Assembly (NCBI GenBank): GCA_000708835.1
Contig: DF237036.1
Location: forward strand, 62,001-126,000
From: Klebsormidium nitens
Taxonomy: Eukaryota; Plantae; Klebsormidiophyceae
DNA length: 64,000 nt
Direction of reading: 5' to 3'
Under the pieces are notes generated by a model that saw only the letters and a program-made list of their open reading frames with translations, did not search any database and was not told where the DNA came from. Below are positions 11,498 to 24,900 of this stretch, in pieces. Position numbers and translations under genes: made by a program. How positions within the stretch are numbered: the first letter of the stretch is position 1; each line of letters begins with the position of its first letter.

Positions 11498-11984
11498 CGT
11501 TGTGAGAATGAGAACGGTAGTCTCGTATCGAGTCGCTGACTTTGGTCGCACCAAGAAAAGCTTTCTGCGCTTTTCCGTTTTCCACCTGTGCTGACAGCTG
11601 TCCGAGAGTCGGAGACGTCTCGGCAGTAGTGCCAGCTTCTGAGACCAACTCTGATTCTGAATGTATCTGCATTGATAGATTCGGACTCGTAAGTGCTTCG
11701 CTCAAAACCGCTGCCTTCCAATGCTGGTTTGACTCAACGGGAGGCTCGTTGGCAAATGACGATAGACTCTTGAATTTGCCACCTCCACAAATCGTGACAG
11801 TTTTGAAAGGGACTGACTCTACAAATCTCTTCTCTCCTTTTTAGAATGGTTGATATCGTTGACTTGTTTAGGTCTGCTCTGCAAGCCAGCAGAGTTCCAT
11901 TCCTGTCCACCAAAAAGAAGCTACGCACAACGCAGCACAAAAAGTGGCAAGAGGTCATTTCACCAGCAGGATTCCTCCGACAAG

Positions 11985-14516
11985 ATGGCGGGGCGCGCTC
12001 CTTTCGCGCGCGCATGCGCTCTGGATGTCTGCGCGCGCGCTCTGCTCCTGGGGCTGTGCGTTGCTTTGGCGGCGACCAGATGCCAAGGTAACGGCACGAC
12101 CCCTCTGTTAAATTGATATTGGTCTTGTAAACGGTTTTGAGGCCGCTCTAGTAGAGCGGGAAAACGTTAGTCCTCGTTGTCTTGTGACCTGCGTCACTTC
12201 CTTATGATGTTGTGCTGAGTCCTTCAACAAGCAGAAGAGGCTGCCTCAGTACGTCAGGATCGCTGCGACTCCTTGACGGCTCAGTTTCTATCTGAAACCA
12301 GGAAAGAGCTTCTGCGTTGGACGGATAAGTTGCGTGAACGCCTCGAGGCTGCTTTCCACTTTTTTTGAATGGGGACAGCAATGCAATTGTTTTAGCCGAA
12401 ACGACAGGGGCGCTTTGGGCACCCCGGCGTAATGTCTTAAACCAGTGTCTTAAACTAGGTGCGGTTCAAGACAGGGGGTGGTCCAGAACGTTGCACGTTT
12501 TAGACACCCCCGAAAGGATCGTTTTCGCGCGCTTGGCTAATACAAGACATGTCTGCAAGAGCATGATGAAGACGGAAACACATATCAATGCGCAGCAGGT
12601 GCGACTGTCTCCCTAGCTTGGATCATCCGCGCCAATATCAACGCGACCATTACTCAAGGCGACACAGGTGAGCTTAGCTTCGAAAAGCAGCCATGTGCCT
12701 CTTTCAACATAAGCTATGGGTCCGGACGACATAAGCTCCCGTACGACGTGACATTTCGTTTGGAAGCTATGATCTGCCTGCTAGAAAGGTACAACTTCGG
12801 TAGGTGTCCCAGTGGCTTCGTACACGCAGTCTCTTTCACAAGTTTTCTGTAGCGACCCTGTCTTGGCTGGTGCTCACACAACCCGAGTAATTGTCATGAA
12901 TGTTCTTAACCCCTCACGGGACGTATCAGCCAAAGTTAATTTCAAAAGTCTAGTTTCAGACATTAGAAACGCGGTCAGGAAGGGGCGATTTGGGCACAAC
13001 TCACCCGCACGCAATTCTCCGCGCGCAGTTGTGTGGGAGTGGGGGGACTCCTTCGCGCACACTCTTCAGCGTAAGTTTTCCCTTCTGATCTCATTCCTGC
13101 TCCTCTTGTAACTCAGAGACTTCTGGTGGGCCGGGGTGAGGGTTTAGGCTAAGGGAATTTGTAATTTCCGCACTTCCATTGTGAACGTTTCTCTGCCCTT
13201 CGCTTTTTTCTCCTTTCCATCTTAAAGACCGCCAAAGCTGCAGTGGCGGGTCTTCGACAGGGGTTGTCGATTTTCTTCCCAGATGAGGCTCACTGACCGT
13301 AACGGCACCGGACTAGATTGTACTCGGGGTCAAAAAAGTAGCCCATCGAAGAAACTAGTTGGGAAGCTCATTGCTGTCTGCTTCGCTCTTGTGCTTTTCA
13401 GAAACGTCGCCGACAAGTATCAACAGTCTGCATCTCAGCTCAACTCGAAAAATTGAGACACTGCTTGCAGTGTATCTGTTTCCACCGAGCTGTTCGTGTT
13501 CTGGAACGACTCTCCCATGTAAAAAGCTGTCGAACCGTTCTGTTTTTACCCGCAGAGACCGGCATCCAGGACCCTCATATTTTCACCGGACCAGGAACCG
13601 GGGGATGTGGACCGGGCAACAACAAGACTCAGCCGTTCACTTACAAGATGACGGTTAACCAAACCGGGAGGTTCACCTATAACGACGGGTGTAACCCAGA
13701 GACGACGAGTCTCGGGATTCTTTGGGTACTGCCTCGACGTAAGCTTCCTTTCAGAGCGTTGCTTCGTTTCCTACTCGTGTCGTAGTCCTTACTTTCATGA
13801 CTCCTCCTGTCGAACAGAATTGTATTGCTGTCTCGCAGTTTGTTTTGGCTGCGTTGTATCATTTTCACCGCGGGTCGCCCCTCAAAATGCTGGTAAGTTG
13901 CGGACTACCATTCCGGTGGTGTTAGTGGTGTCGAGGAGAATCTTTTGAGACTAGGAAAAAGAGGAGGAAGAGAAGCACCTTGTAATATAGCTTGCTTTTT
14001 GTCAACGCTTTCCTACCCCGTGCTTCCCTCCCTTCTCACGTTCCTACACTCAGCTGAAAGCGGTCTGAATTCCGTCTTAAACTGCGTTGCTGGTGATACT
14101 CAGATCTTTCATCCACAACCACTAGCGTTCCGCTCGTTCCATTTTCCGCAGCGGTCAAGGGCCCCGTTCCGCCGACCGACGTCACCATCTACAATACCAC
14201 GGACACCCCCCCTCTCTGGAACTCCACGACAGTCATTCTGCCCCCGCCCCCGCCGGCGCCTCCCGCCGCCGCGCCGGCCCCCGCGCCCGCACTCGCGCCC
14301 ATGGCCGCGCCGCGCGCGTTTGCCAACCTGACCGTGCGCCTCAACAGCTCCAACGTAACGCTCGGCGGGCTGGCCCACGCGCCGTTACCGTCCGGCGCGC
14401 TCACTAACTTGCGGATCGTTGAAAACGTCCCAGTCGTCGAAAACGGCGCGGCTGCCGCGGGAAGAGCCCTGGCGATTGTCGGCATGGCCGCCTTGATTGT
14501 TGCCCTTCTTGGTTGA
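11985..14516 (+). CDS. Secreted, probably GPI-anchored Pro/Ala-rich (chimeric arabinogalactan-protein-like) cell-surface protein; exons 11985-12087, 13556-13738, 14152-14516 (about 216 aa)
   Basis: Signal peptide MAGRAPFARACALDVCARALLLGLCVALAATRCQ, a small domain with two Cys, a PPPPPAPPAAAPAPAPALAP tract, several N-x-T/S sequons, and a hydrophobic C-terminus GAAAAGRALAIVGMAALIVALLG*. Both introns are phase 1 with canonical GT-AG sites. Confidence 0.75.
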
Positions 14517-15997
14517 CAGACCATTCCTAGCTGGGATCCGCGCTCGGTTAAAGTAGGCGCTATCTGAGATGTCGACTCGGTTCCTCATCGGTGCCCTTGT
14601 CCATCAGAGGTTTATTGCGTCTCTATGCGTACCACATGAACGTTTACCCTGTTGACCGAGAATTTCATCCTTCGAGGATAAGGCATTCCTCCACTGCCCG
14701 GGAGCTAGCGAAGCGAGCTTTGGAACCGCCTAGCCTTGTTCCCAATGCTGCAATTAAGCTTGACGACCCGTTAACAAGAACAAGCTAAATTCTTATACGG
14801 CCGCCAGTAATTGCAATGTTCAGTTGCTTATGTCTAGCGCCTGCATGCAGTACGTTTCGTACACTTACTAACACTTGAGCACCGTAAGTACCTGAAACGA
14901 ATCATTCGCTCCGCTTGCAACACGACTGCCTCTGTGAGCTGCAACTAGCTTGTTTGCATCTTCGAATGCAGCATCGGCTGCATGATCGAGACCGTTTTCT
15001 CCTTGTGCAACTCGATTAGCTCTCTGCCTTTAAGTGCCCGAAGTAAATGGTGATTATCATTGATCAACTACTGTACACTTTCTTTCTTTAGCCCGCTTTG
15101 GTATTATACATGCCAGCTTTCAGTGTCTCAATCAGATGCAGCCCTCTATTTGATTGATTGAATGACGGTCAGTACGACAATCATCGAGTTCCACATGGAT
15201 CATATCTCATAGTCGATAGCTCAGGGAATCAAGCTTTGACTTGCTGTGTACTTTACTAAAGTGTATGATAATCTGCGCCTGTCATAGACGCATGGCCTCA
15301 CTGGTTTACCAACATTTGTACCTTTGTACCGTGACAGGATTGGAATGGAGATTTTGGCCTGCATCGAACCAGCGAGCTAGTGAAGTTTTCAAATTCGCTA
15401 CCGCTCAAGATAACGATGCACGTACTGGCATGCAGGTCTGCAAGTGTCCTGGTCTCATTCATTGAAGCTTCGCACATTGCGCAGATTAAAGCTCATGATA
15501 TGCGTATAGCCAGTATAAAGAGATGATTTGCCGAGAAATATAGCATTCTCGCATGCCGTCCAGTTTCTAATGCAAGCTGGCAGCAAGCCTACTGGAGTCC
15601 GTACGTCCGTTCGCTATACGTAATGACCTCAACCGCATTGCACGGTTCACCCCTCACCCGCTTCCATCCACGCACTTTTTTGTAAGATTCGCTCCCGGCT
15701 TGACTAGCCCAAAACGTGGAATGAACTACCGTCTAACTAATCTAAAAGTGGAATAAAAGCTGCGCGCGCCGTGCCACGTCGTTTGCGGGGCGAGCGCGAC
15801 CGTTGGATCGGTGCAAACTCTCCCATGACGTGTCCTCTTTTCTAACTCTCCAAGTAAGTCAGCATGTCTGCGTTCCGGGCGATAGCCTATCATACACGTA
15901 ACCCGGGCGGAAGCTATCGCTGGGATCTCACTTGGTGTACACTTTGGGCTACCTATGTCATGATTGGCGAAGCCGCCACGTGGCCCACTCTCAGTGG

Positions 15998-18900
15998 TTA
16001 GAAGATGTCGTCCCAGTAGGAGTGGTCTACGACCTTTGTCAGCGGGGCGTCCATTTCGTCTTGTCGGACGTCCTCGTCGATGCACAGGTCGCCGAAATTG
16101 TCCACCTTGGGTGGGATCATCTGCAAGCGGCGAGGAGCGATCCCTGTTAAATGCAGGTTATGGGACAGAGAGACTTCGACGGCAATCAGTTTAAAGCTGA
16201 TCCCGAACGGGCCTTCTGGCGTTTGGGTCGTGCTTGCCTTTGAATACGTCGAGATACATTGAGTGCAGCCAAAATAGTCAACTCAACCCCGAAAGAGCTC
16301 AAAAGGACACCCGCCGGCGCTTTGTCCTTCAAGCCGATTCACAGGTTGAAAGCTATCTCTCTGGCGAAGACGGAGCGAAGCTTCGGTTCTGCACCGTGCT
16401 TGCCCACAATTATTTGAAGTCAGCTAAACTGAGCGACACAAGCCGTCCACTCTCGGAAGGGGCCAAGATCCCTTACCGGCGCTTCCTCCTTCAAGCGGAT
16501 CAACAGGTTGAAGTTGATCTCCTTAGCGAAGAAGGGGTGGTCTTTGATGTCCTTCGCTCCATTCTTCCCGCAGCCCAGTCTAGTTTCCGGGTTTGGGTCC
16601 AGCAGCTTTCGGATGATGTCGACGCACGCGGGCGTCATGTACGACGGGAAGCTTAGCCGGCCCTCCGTGATGCGCTGGAAGACGGTCTGTACAAGATTCC
16701 GGAAAACCCGTTAGAGGTTCCGTCATGTGAGGGGGCCCAGAGATGCCACTGAAGGTTGTTTTTCTCAATGAAGGTAAAGTAAGCCAGCGCTCGTGAGGCG
16801 CAAAATCCGTGTATAAAAGATGCCCCCAAATCCCTGAAAATATGTTTCGGGTGTCTAATAGGGTGCAAAAAGGACTCGCGTCAGAGTTTGCAGGAGCCTG
16901 TGGAGAAGAAGATTGAGAAGATGCGATTTCATACGGCTATGGAATCCGCCCAGCTTCTTGGATGCTCACGTACTCATATCTATGGAGCGGCAACTTTCTT
17001 GCGCGAGCAATGGGAAGGGCTGGAAAGATATGGTCAGAGCGGGGGCGTACCTGCGGCGGATCATCCCCCCTGTTGAAGGGGCTGGTGTTGGTCACCATCT
17101 CGAAAATCATGCAACCCAGCGCCCAGTAGTCGACGGCCTGAACAAAGAAAAGCGGGAGAATTTAGTAGAACACAGAATCCAGGTTCACGCACCTCAATGT
17201 TGCGTGTGAGCATGTGAAAGGTCGATCGACCAGAAGTGTACCATAAGACGATATAGCGTGGAACGCGGGTTCAAAAGAAAAAGGTTTTGTTAACTACAGG
17301 CTCAGTCAATGTTGTTAGGGAGACTCCGAAAGGAACTAGGACTGGACACGCATCAAAGGCGCCTAAGAAAGGAAGCAGCCAGACAATAATGGGAGGGGCC
17401 GCTTATGGTGGAGGTGCCTCAGAAAGCGTGTGGGAGAGAGTAAGTCTATGATAAAGCTACAAGAGAAAAAGACTTCGAACAACCAGAAACAATATGGTCG
17501 CCAAATCCAAAACGAACGTTCACGTATTGTTGTAATCCTACTGCCAGATCCCGTTGGGACATCAATCAGCAAAATCTAGCACCAATGGGTTTTCAGAAAG
17601 AGCCAAGAAAGCTAAATCACAACCGTAAGGCAGAGATTCACAGATTTACCCCCAAAGCTTCTACCCCAAATAGCGCTTTTACCCCAAATAGCCCCTCATT
17701 GCTTCGATACCAGTGTCGTCTAGCTAAGCGTTTCGCCGTCAGACAGTGGTAACACAGCCTCGCAGAAGATAGCGAGCAAGCGGAACAGGAACGGAATCAA
17801 GCGGAACGCTCACCTTGGTGTGGCCCTGCCGCCGGATGATTTCCGGCGCCATGTAGTCCGGCGTTCCGCACATGGAGTAGGTTTTCCGGTGCGGAGCGAG
17901 CCGCTTGGCGAAGCCCATGTCGATCAGTTTGGGGTAGCCGCTCTCGTCGATCAGCGTGTTCTCCGGTTTCAGGTCCCGATACACGATGCCCTTGCCGTGC
18001 ATGTACTCCAGCCTGCAAGAAGCTCCCGGGGAATGCGGTCAGTGATTTGAATCGAATATCGATTTTGAGATGGAGTGCGAGGAAGGAGGTCCCGGTACAC
18101 GATGCCCTTGCCGTGCATGTATTCCAGCCTGCAAGAAGCGCCCGGCAAATGCGGTCAGTGATTTGAGTACCAAGCTTGAGATGGAGTGCGGGTCTCGGTT
18201 AAGGATGCCCTTCTTGTGCATGTACTCCAGCCTGCAAGAAGCGCCGGGCCACGCGGTCAATCGGATGAACTGGCGATCCCTTGATTTTGGAGACTTTCAG
18301 AGAAGGTAGACTTCGGCACAAGGATGCTTATTTTTATTTTCATCCGCTTCAGCCTGCGAAACGGGCCCGAATGGCGCAGTCGCTTGCGGTGAACGGGGGA
18401 CTATTTGACGATCAGCAGCGGACTATGAGAGCGCGGAAAGGTCTGGGCTGAAGATCCGCGTCATCTACCTCCGCTTCAGCCTCGTTATCGTGCTCGGGAG
18501 GGCGGTCGGTTGTCAGAACATGGTAGCCGTCTCGATGTTTGCCAGAGAAACGCGATATACATTTTGGCGTTTTGAGTTCAATCCTTTTTCAGCGAAGATG
18601 GAACTCAAAACCGCAATCTGATCAGAAGAGCTTGGCAACGAGCTCGTGGCGCGGAGATCAACCTCCTCCCATGCCGATAGATCTCCCTAAGCCAGACCGA
18701 GAAAAAAATTCAACGATGTTTGAAGCCCTCTCGTTTCTGCCAGGAGCAACCACGCGCTCTGGATCGTTCAGATTCAACTCATCGCGCCGAAGGGAACACA
18801 CAAGCTGACGGTATCCCAGGAATTACAAGTGCGTCACGACGATCTTTGCCTTAGACACTTACGCCAACAAGACGCCGCCGGCGTAGAAGGCTGCTTCCCA

Positions 18901-21900
18901 CTCCTTGAGCCGGCCCGCCTTCTCCATGAACAGGAACAGCTCCCGCCCAGTAGTCAACTCTTGCAGCAGATACACCTGCCAGAGGAAGCAGAAACAAAAT
19001 GGGTCAGCGGTCTGTCGAGTGGAGCTGGTTACAGTGGACACCAGAGTTGGTGTAAGCGTCATGACACGCCGTCACAGGTCTACTTGCCACGACTCTTGAA
19101 GATCTTAGACATTGAAAACAAAGTATGCTTCCAGGCAAAACAATAAATTTCTTGAGATTTGTTGCGAAAGAGCGGGCAATCACAGTGTTGCGGTGTACGA
19201 TGCTTCTGAGGTACACCGGGTAATTTGTGTGGTGTAATTTTACACAAATCAGAAATCATACTCAGGGCTTAAAACTGATCCTTCAGGCCGCCTTAATGTT
19301 TGGAGGTCGGAATGATCTTCGTATCAGAAAGGCGCCCCAATACTTGCATGTGCAGCTTATCTTTGCGCAAGATACAGAGAAAAGTCGAACCGGGTTCTAA
19401 AGCATCATGAAGATGAAGCTTTTGGCGATTAGAAGTCGTCAGAATACTCCCATTATGTTTGTACTTGAAGATTCAGATGAGCTTCGCGATGAAAAGATGC
19501 TCAAGGTCGCTCGGGAGAAGTCCTTTCCATCGCGTTATATCACCACAGAAAGTCGAACATCCTTGAAGTAGACATAAGCTACCAGATTGCCTTGAGTTGT
19601 TTTCGTCCTTGAAATTCCGGATGATCGTCGCAAGGAAGGGGTGCTGTAGCTCACCAGCAAATTCTTTTTGTTCCTTGTCATCGCGCGACGTACAAATAGT
19701 ACAGACAAAAAGATTCCATTGTTTGCAAAGCAAAATCCTCACATTTTCCTTGTCCTTGAAGGTCCGAATCAGCTTCGCGATGAAGGGGTGCTCCAGCTCG
19801 CTCATGAGCAGCTTCTCTTTGGTCCTTGCCATCGCGCGACGTCCAAACAAAAAATTAAAAAACGATATTCCCGATGTTTGCAAAGAGGAATCCTCACGTT
19901 GTCTTTGTCCTTGAAGGTCCGGATGAGCTTCGCGATGAAGGGGTGCTCCAGCTCGCTCATGAGCAGCTTCTCGTTGCGCAGGTGCTCCTCCTCCTGCATC
20001 CGCACCACCTTTGTCTTGCTCACGCACTTGAGCGCGTAGTGCTCGCCCGTGCGCTTGTTATAGACCAGCTTCACCTTGCCAAACAGACCTGCGGAGATTA
20101 TGTGACGTCATGTTTGAAAAGGTGACGTCATGTGGTACAATTGCGCATCCATGCTGATACCTTTTGGTAAGAGAATCTGAGCGCGTCGAGCTCGCCCGTG
20201 CGCTTATTGTACACCAGCTTCACCTTGCCGAACAGACCTGCAGAGGAGGAGATGACGTCAAGTTTGAGTGGCGGCCAATGTGATTGACGTCACGTTCCTT
20301 AACTTTGATCTAGTATAGGACTTGTTTGTGAGCGCGTACTGCTCGATCAAGGGCTTGATGTCAATCAAGTCGCTCAAACGCCCTGGGAAGCTTACACTTG
20401 TAACATCACGCTCTTGTCGGTTGGCCTGAGAAGGTGTTGACGTCAATTCCGAGCTCCTTTGACATGTTAAGCTGCTTCGAGCGCGTCGTGTCCACCCGTG
20501 CGCCGGACCGACCCGATCGGAAAGGGGGGTGAAGCCACGTCTTACTGGTAGCAAAAACCTCCAGCTCTTACTTCCTGCTCCGCTTTAAGCGCACCAAAAG
20601 ATTTCAAGAAAGCAGAATACTTCAACTTGATAGTCAATCTTTGGAGAAAGTCGTTCACAGCAATGCTTTACCTGTGCCCCGCAGCCCCAGTCCCTCCAAT
20701 TCCTCCAGCTTGATCGCTTTAGCAAATGCATCAAGCTCTTCCCTCTTCCGGCACCGGTTGCGCACCACAAGACTCGAGGAATGAAAGCTTTCAGTTTGAT
20801 TTGCCTATGCTCTTGACACAACCTTCGTAACAAGAAGTACCTACCTGTGTCTAACTGCCCCATCTCCTCCAACTCTTGCAGCTTGATTGCCTTGAAGATG
20901 CCCTTCAACTCGCCCTCCTTCCACCGGCGCTCGCTCCAACAAACGCGGAAAACCAGTCTCTCAAGACCCGTGTCTCCTTTGTCTTTTGATTAAAAGACGG
21001 CTTAAAATATATTCTTACCTGTGCCCAGAAGCCCCAGTTCCTCCAACTCCTCCAGCTTAATCGCCTTGACGATGCCCTTGAGCTCGTCCTCCTTCCGCCG
21101 CTGCTCGCGCACTTCCTCGAGCGGGCCCAGGTTCGCCTCCAAAACCGCCCGATCTAGATAGTACAGCTCGACGGTCCCGGGCACGGTCGGGGAGGAGCCC
21201 CCGCTGCGGCCGCCGCTCTCTTTCAGGCCTGCGAAAAGGGGTTGTGAGTTAGTAAGGCTATTTTAGGGGTTAAGGTTTACGGATTTCAGAGACGGGGTTG
21301 CCCAGGTAGAGTATTTACAATGGCTGAAGTCAGTTTCGTGACACCGGGGCCGGGCCAAGTCGGGAAGGAGCTCCCGCTGCTCACCCCGCTCTCTTTCAGG
21401 CCCGTGAAATCGCATAAATTGAGGGAAACTTTATGCTTAGATTTCTATGAGGCTGAATCAGTAAGGGCTCAGTAGCCGGGGCCCTGGGATCAGTCTCGTG
21501 ATTCCGAGGTTTTTCGGAAGAGCCCCGCTGCAGTCCTGGCGCTCTCTTTTCAGCTTGCGACAATGGGTTCTGGATACTAGGTTGTCTTGATGATAGGTTA
21601 TAGGGTTCTAGAGACGCCACTTAGTTCGCGAAGTACGTGGCTAGGATAATAGAGAATTCGATGATAGGTGAATCGCCGCTGTGGCCGCCGCTCAGCGCCT
21701 GAAAAACAGACAGTTTGCCCAGAAGAAGATACCAGCTTTTCTTACTTGCGACGGGGCTCCGCAGGTCCTGGAACCCGCGCACTTCGAGGCCGCCCGCGAC
21801 GACCGTCTCCTTGCGCACGCCGGACCCGAATCAGCGCTCTCCTCAAATCATGATTCCTGTTAAACAACTTCTAACCTCTCCCAAGTCTCAGCGCTCCAAA

Positions 21901-24900
21901 ACAGACATCCTCAAAAGAAGATACAAACGTTTCTCACCTGCGACAGGGCTCCTCGGCTCCTGGAACCCGCGCGCTTCGAGGCCGCCCGCGACGACCGTCT
22001 CCTTGCGCACGCCGGGCCCGATCAGCGCGCTCTCCCCGAAGAACGCGCCCTTGGCGTACGCTCGCCCCTCGCAGCTGCTGCGCGCGCCGCGGCCGCCGGC
22101 CGACGCGGCGGGCATCTCCTGGACGGTGCCCTGCGGAACACGGAAAAGCAGCCTCGATACGCACAGATCTCAACGGAGATTGTCTTTCTTGTCTTATATT
22201 GAGCCTGAAACTATTCGAGATGCAGAAGCGGAACGGCCGTCTCTGGAAGCTGCAGCTCCTTGGCGGTCCCTTGAGCCTATTAAGGATGCGGCCTTCCATT
22301 CGCAGGAATGTACCCTGGCCAAATTGGTCGCCTGCCTTCGCATTTGACAGTTTTATGGAGATTCAACGTGCGCCGAAAATGATAGGTAAGCTGCCATCCA
22401 GAATCGTAGAAAGGCAAACAACACGACATTATGAATCGGGCGTAGACGGCAGCAAAGTCTACGGTGGCCCCCTAGAGAAGGACGGAAGCAAATGTGCCTT
22501 GTAGACTCACATAACACTCCTTTTGAACACGTCTCCAAGAACGCTGCACGCAATCTGGATACGTCAACTGCAAGAGCTTCCAAAGTCGAGTAAACGCACC
22601 TTGCGAACGACGTACATCCGGTCCGCAGGTTCCCCGGCCTTATAGATGTTTTCGCCTGGGGCAAAGCGCACCACCCCCATGGCCGTGGCCAAAACCTCCA
22701 CCTCGCTCTCGGTGAGGTAATCCAAGCACGGCACGGACCTGGAACACAAGACTTGATCTCTTTCAAAGCGATACAATGGTAATGAATCCAAATATATGCA
22801 AAATGGTAAACAACTCGAAACTACCCCTGTGGATTCTTGATCATATCAGCCTCCCTCTTGCCGTTCGCAAGGTGGATGCAGCGTCAACGACAGAGAGGCG
22901 CGGTTTGGAGCACGATAGTGGCTACAATCATCTCTTTCGCTAGCTGCTGCGGAAGAGCGTCTCGTCGCTCCCTGCGAGCTCGTCCGAGCAGGCACGGACA
23001 TTCTCTGGGGGTGTAGATCTAAAGGACAGAGTGAAGGTTTGCATCCCGATCGAGTCAACACAAAAACTCATCCTTCCTGTGAGCAAACGCCTAATACGAA
23101 AGTCTACCACGCAACACGAGAATCTGGGCGACCGCGCGCACCTGAGCACCCGCAGGTTGGTCGCCTTCATGAGGATCTCTTGGATTGGCCCCAGGATGGC
23201 TGTCAACTCGCTCAAGGAGATCGAAAGGACGACAGAGCCGTCGCCGGATTCCACGACGGCCGTCGTCGAGCAGATGATGTGGGTCCCCCCCAGCAGCGCC
23301 TCGTCGCCGAAGCAACCGTACGTCGTGACGCAGGCTTTGGCGGTCTGGAAGGCATTAAAGACGGGTCAGACAGATGCAACCCCCCGAAACTAGAACGAAG
23401 CGACGAGCTTTGATTATCTGTGCGCCCAGCAGCGCACTGTCAGCGAAGCAGCCATAATTTGCTCGTCGCCGACGAGATATCCACAACCGTTTCAGTGCTT
23501 GTTAGTGCCTTCTTTGGTTTTGTTGGATTCGCGTAGGACTGTTTTTTTTTGAGGCATCTGTACCGCGCAGAATGATCATACCAAACCACATCAAAATCCC
23601 CACCTGCAGCGACCGAGTAGACTGGAGCACGGGCGTCATGGGCGCCCTTCCGGTGGGCGACGGCAGCGTGTTCGTCCTCGACAGCTTCACCGGTTGCATG
23701 CCCAGCGGCCGGCGCAACGCCCCGACCTTTTCGGACGCTTCTCCGGGCGCTTCCGAGTTGTCCTCATCGTCCGAATTCGAGTCCGCTTCGTCGAACGGCT
23801 GCTCGGTGAGCTTGAACCGGGACGGCGAGTTGCTGCCGTGTCCGGTGGACATGGTTCCGGTGACCGGAAGGCCCTGCGCGGTTCCGCTGGGGCTGCCCGG
23901 GGCGCTTCCGCCGCCCGCCTTGGGGGAGCTTTCGCTGCGGAACATGCCGCCGATGCGAGAACCCCATCCTGCTGCAAAATCGCAAATTTTTATCATTGAC
24001 TACACAGTTGTCGAAAAATAATCTGCGGGACATGCCGCCGATGCGAGATCTCCATCCTGAAGCGGAAAGTTTTTGGAAGCTCCATCAATATTCAATCAAA
24101 ATGCACAAACTAATGCCGACTCAATTGAAAGGTAACTCAATTCACTAAATGCGGATTAGGCGATCGAACGTCGTGACTGGAAGGAGACACCCGTGGACAA
24201 CCAGAGCTGCATCTCAAGCTACTATCTGCAGTTTAGAAACGACCATTTCCGTACCTAAATCTCGATATCTTGTAGCGAAGTGTTCATATGTAACTGCGGC
24301 TTGAATTGAAATCAGAAAAAAAGTGTACGGCTCTCGCCTAAAATGAACGACCAAGCCTCAGATCTGTGGAGCCTGATGGTTCATGCCAAGAGTTCACGCT
24401 CTATACAATCAAGCCTCAGGCTTTGATGGCTGGAAGTATAACAGAGCCATACCTGAGTTCGACGTCTTTGAGCGGGTGAGGACTGGGCCGGGCGAACTAG
24501 AGGGGGAGCTGCCCCCCGAGGGGCTGCCGGGCCAATCGCCCATGTTCGCGAGCGAGATCCGCCCAGATTGGACGATGTAGATGCGCGCCTGGTTGCCGGA
24601 AACGGTTCCGGCGCGAGTGACTTCACTGCCGCTGCAAAAGCATGGACTTCGCGCCAATCAGAATGAGAGCCAGGTGCGTGTTTCATCCTTAGCCATTTTC
24701 ATTTGCGGTTTGAGTAAGAAAACCAGTTGTAGATTTGTAAAGAACCGGGAGAATCTGATCATGGAAGGGCCTGCGTAGAGATCTCGCGGCGAGGCTATCT
24801 AGCTGGTCGTCTTTCAGGTTTGTTCGAAGCTTCTGTAAAGGCTCGGGAAAAGACGCACCTCGTGCATAGGTCAAACGAGCCACGGAGAACGGAAAGATCC

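Noticed and set aside
19473-20027. 184-aa ORF and other ORFs with repeated kinase fragments as separate genes
   Set aside because: They are read-through of intronic echo copies, not independent genes.
20100-20450. Five TGACGTCA (CRE/C-box) palindromes in a kinase intron as an enhancer
   Set aside because: Four lie about 14-55 nt from the real or echoed acceptor and are best explained as duplicated branch-point regions. The PB1 intron also has CTGACGTCA at its branch position.
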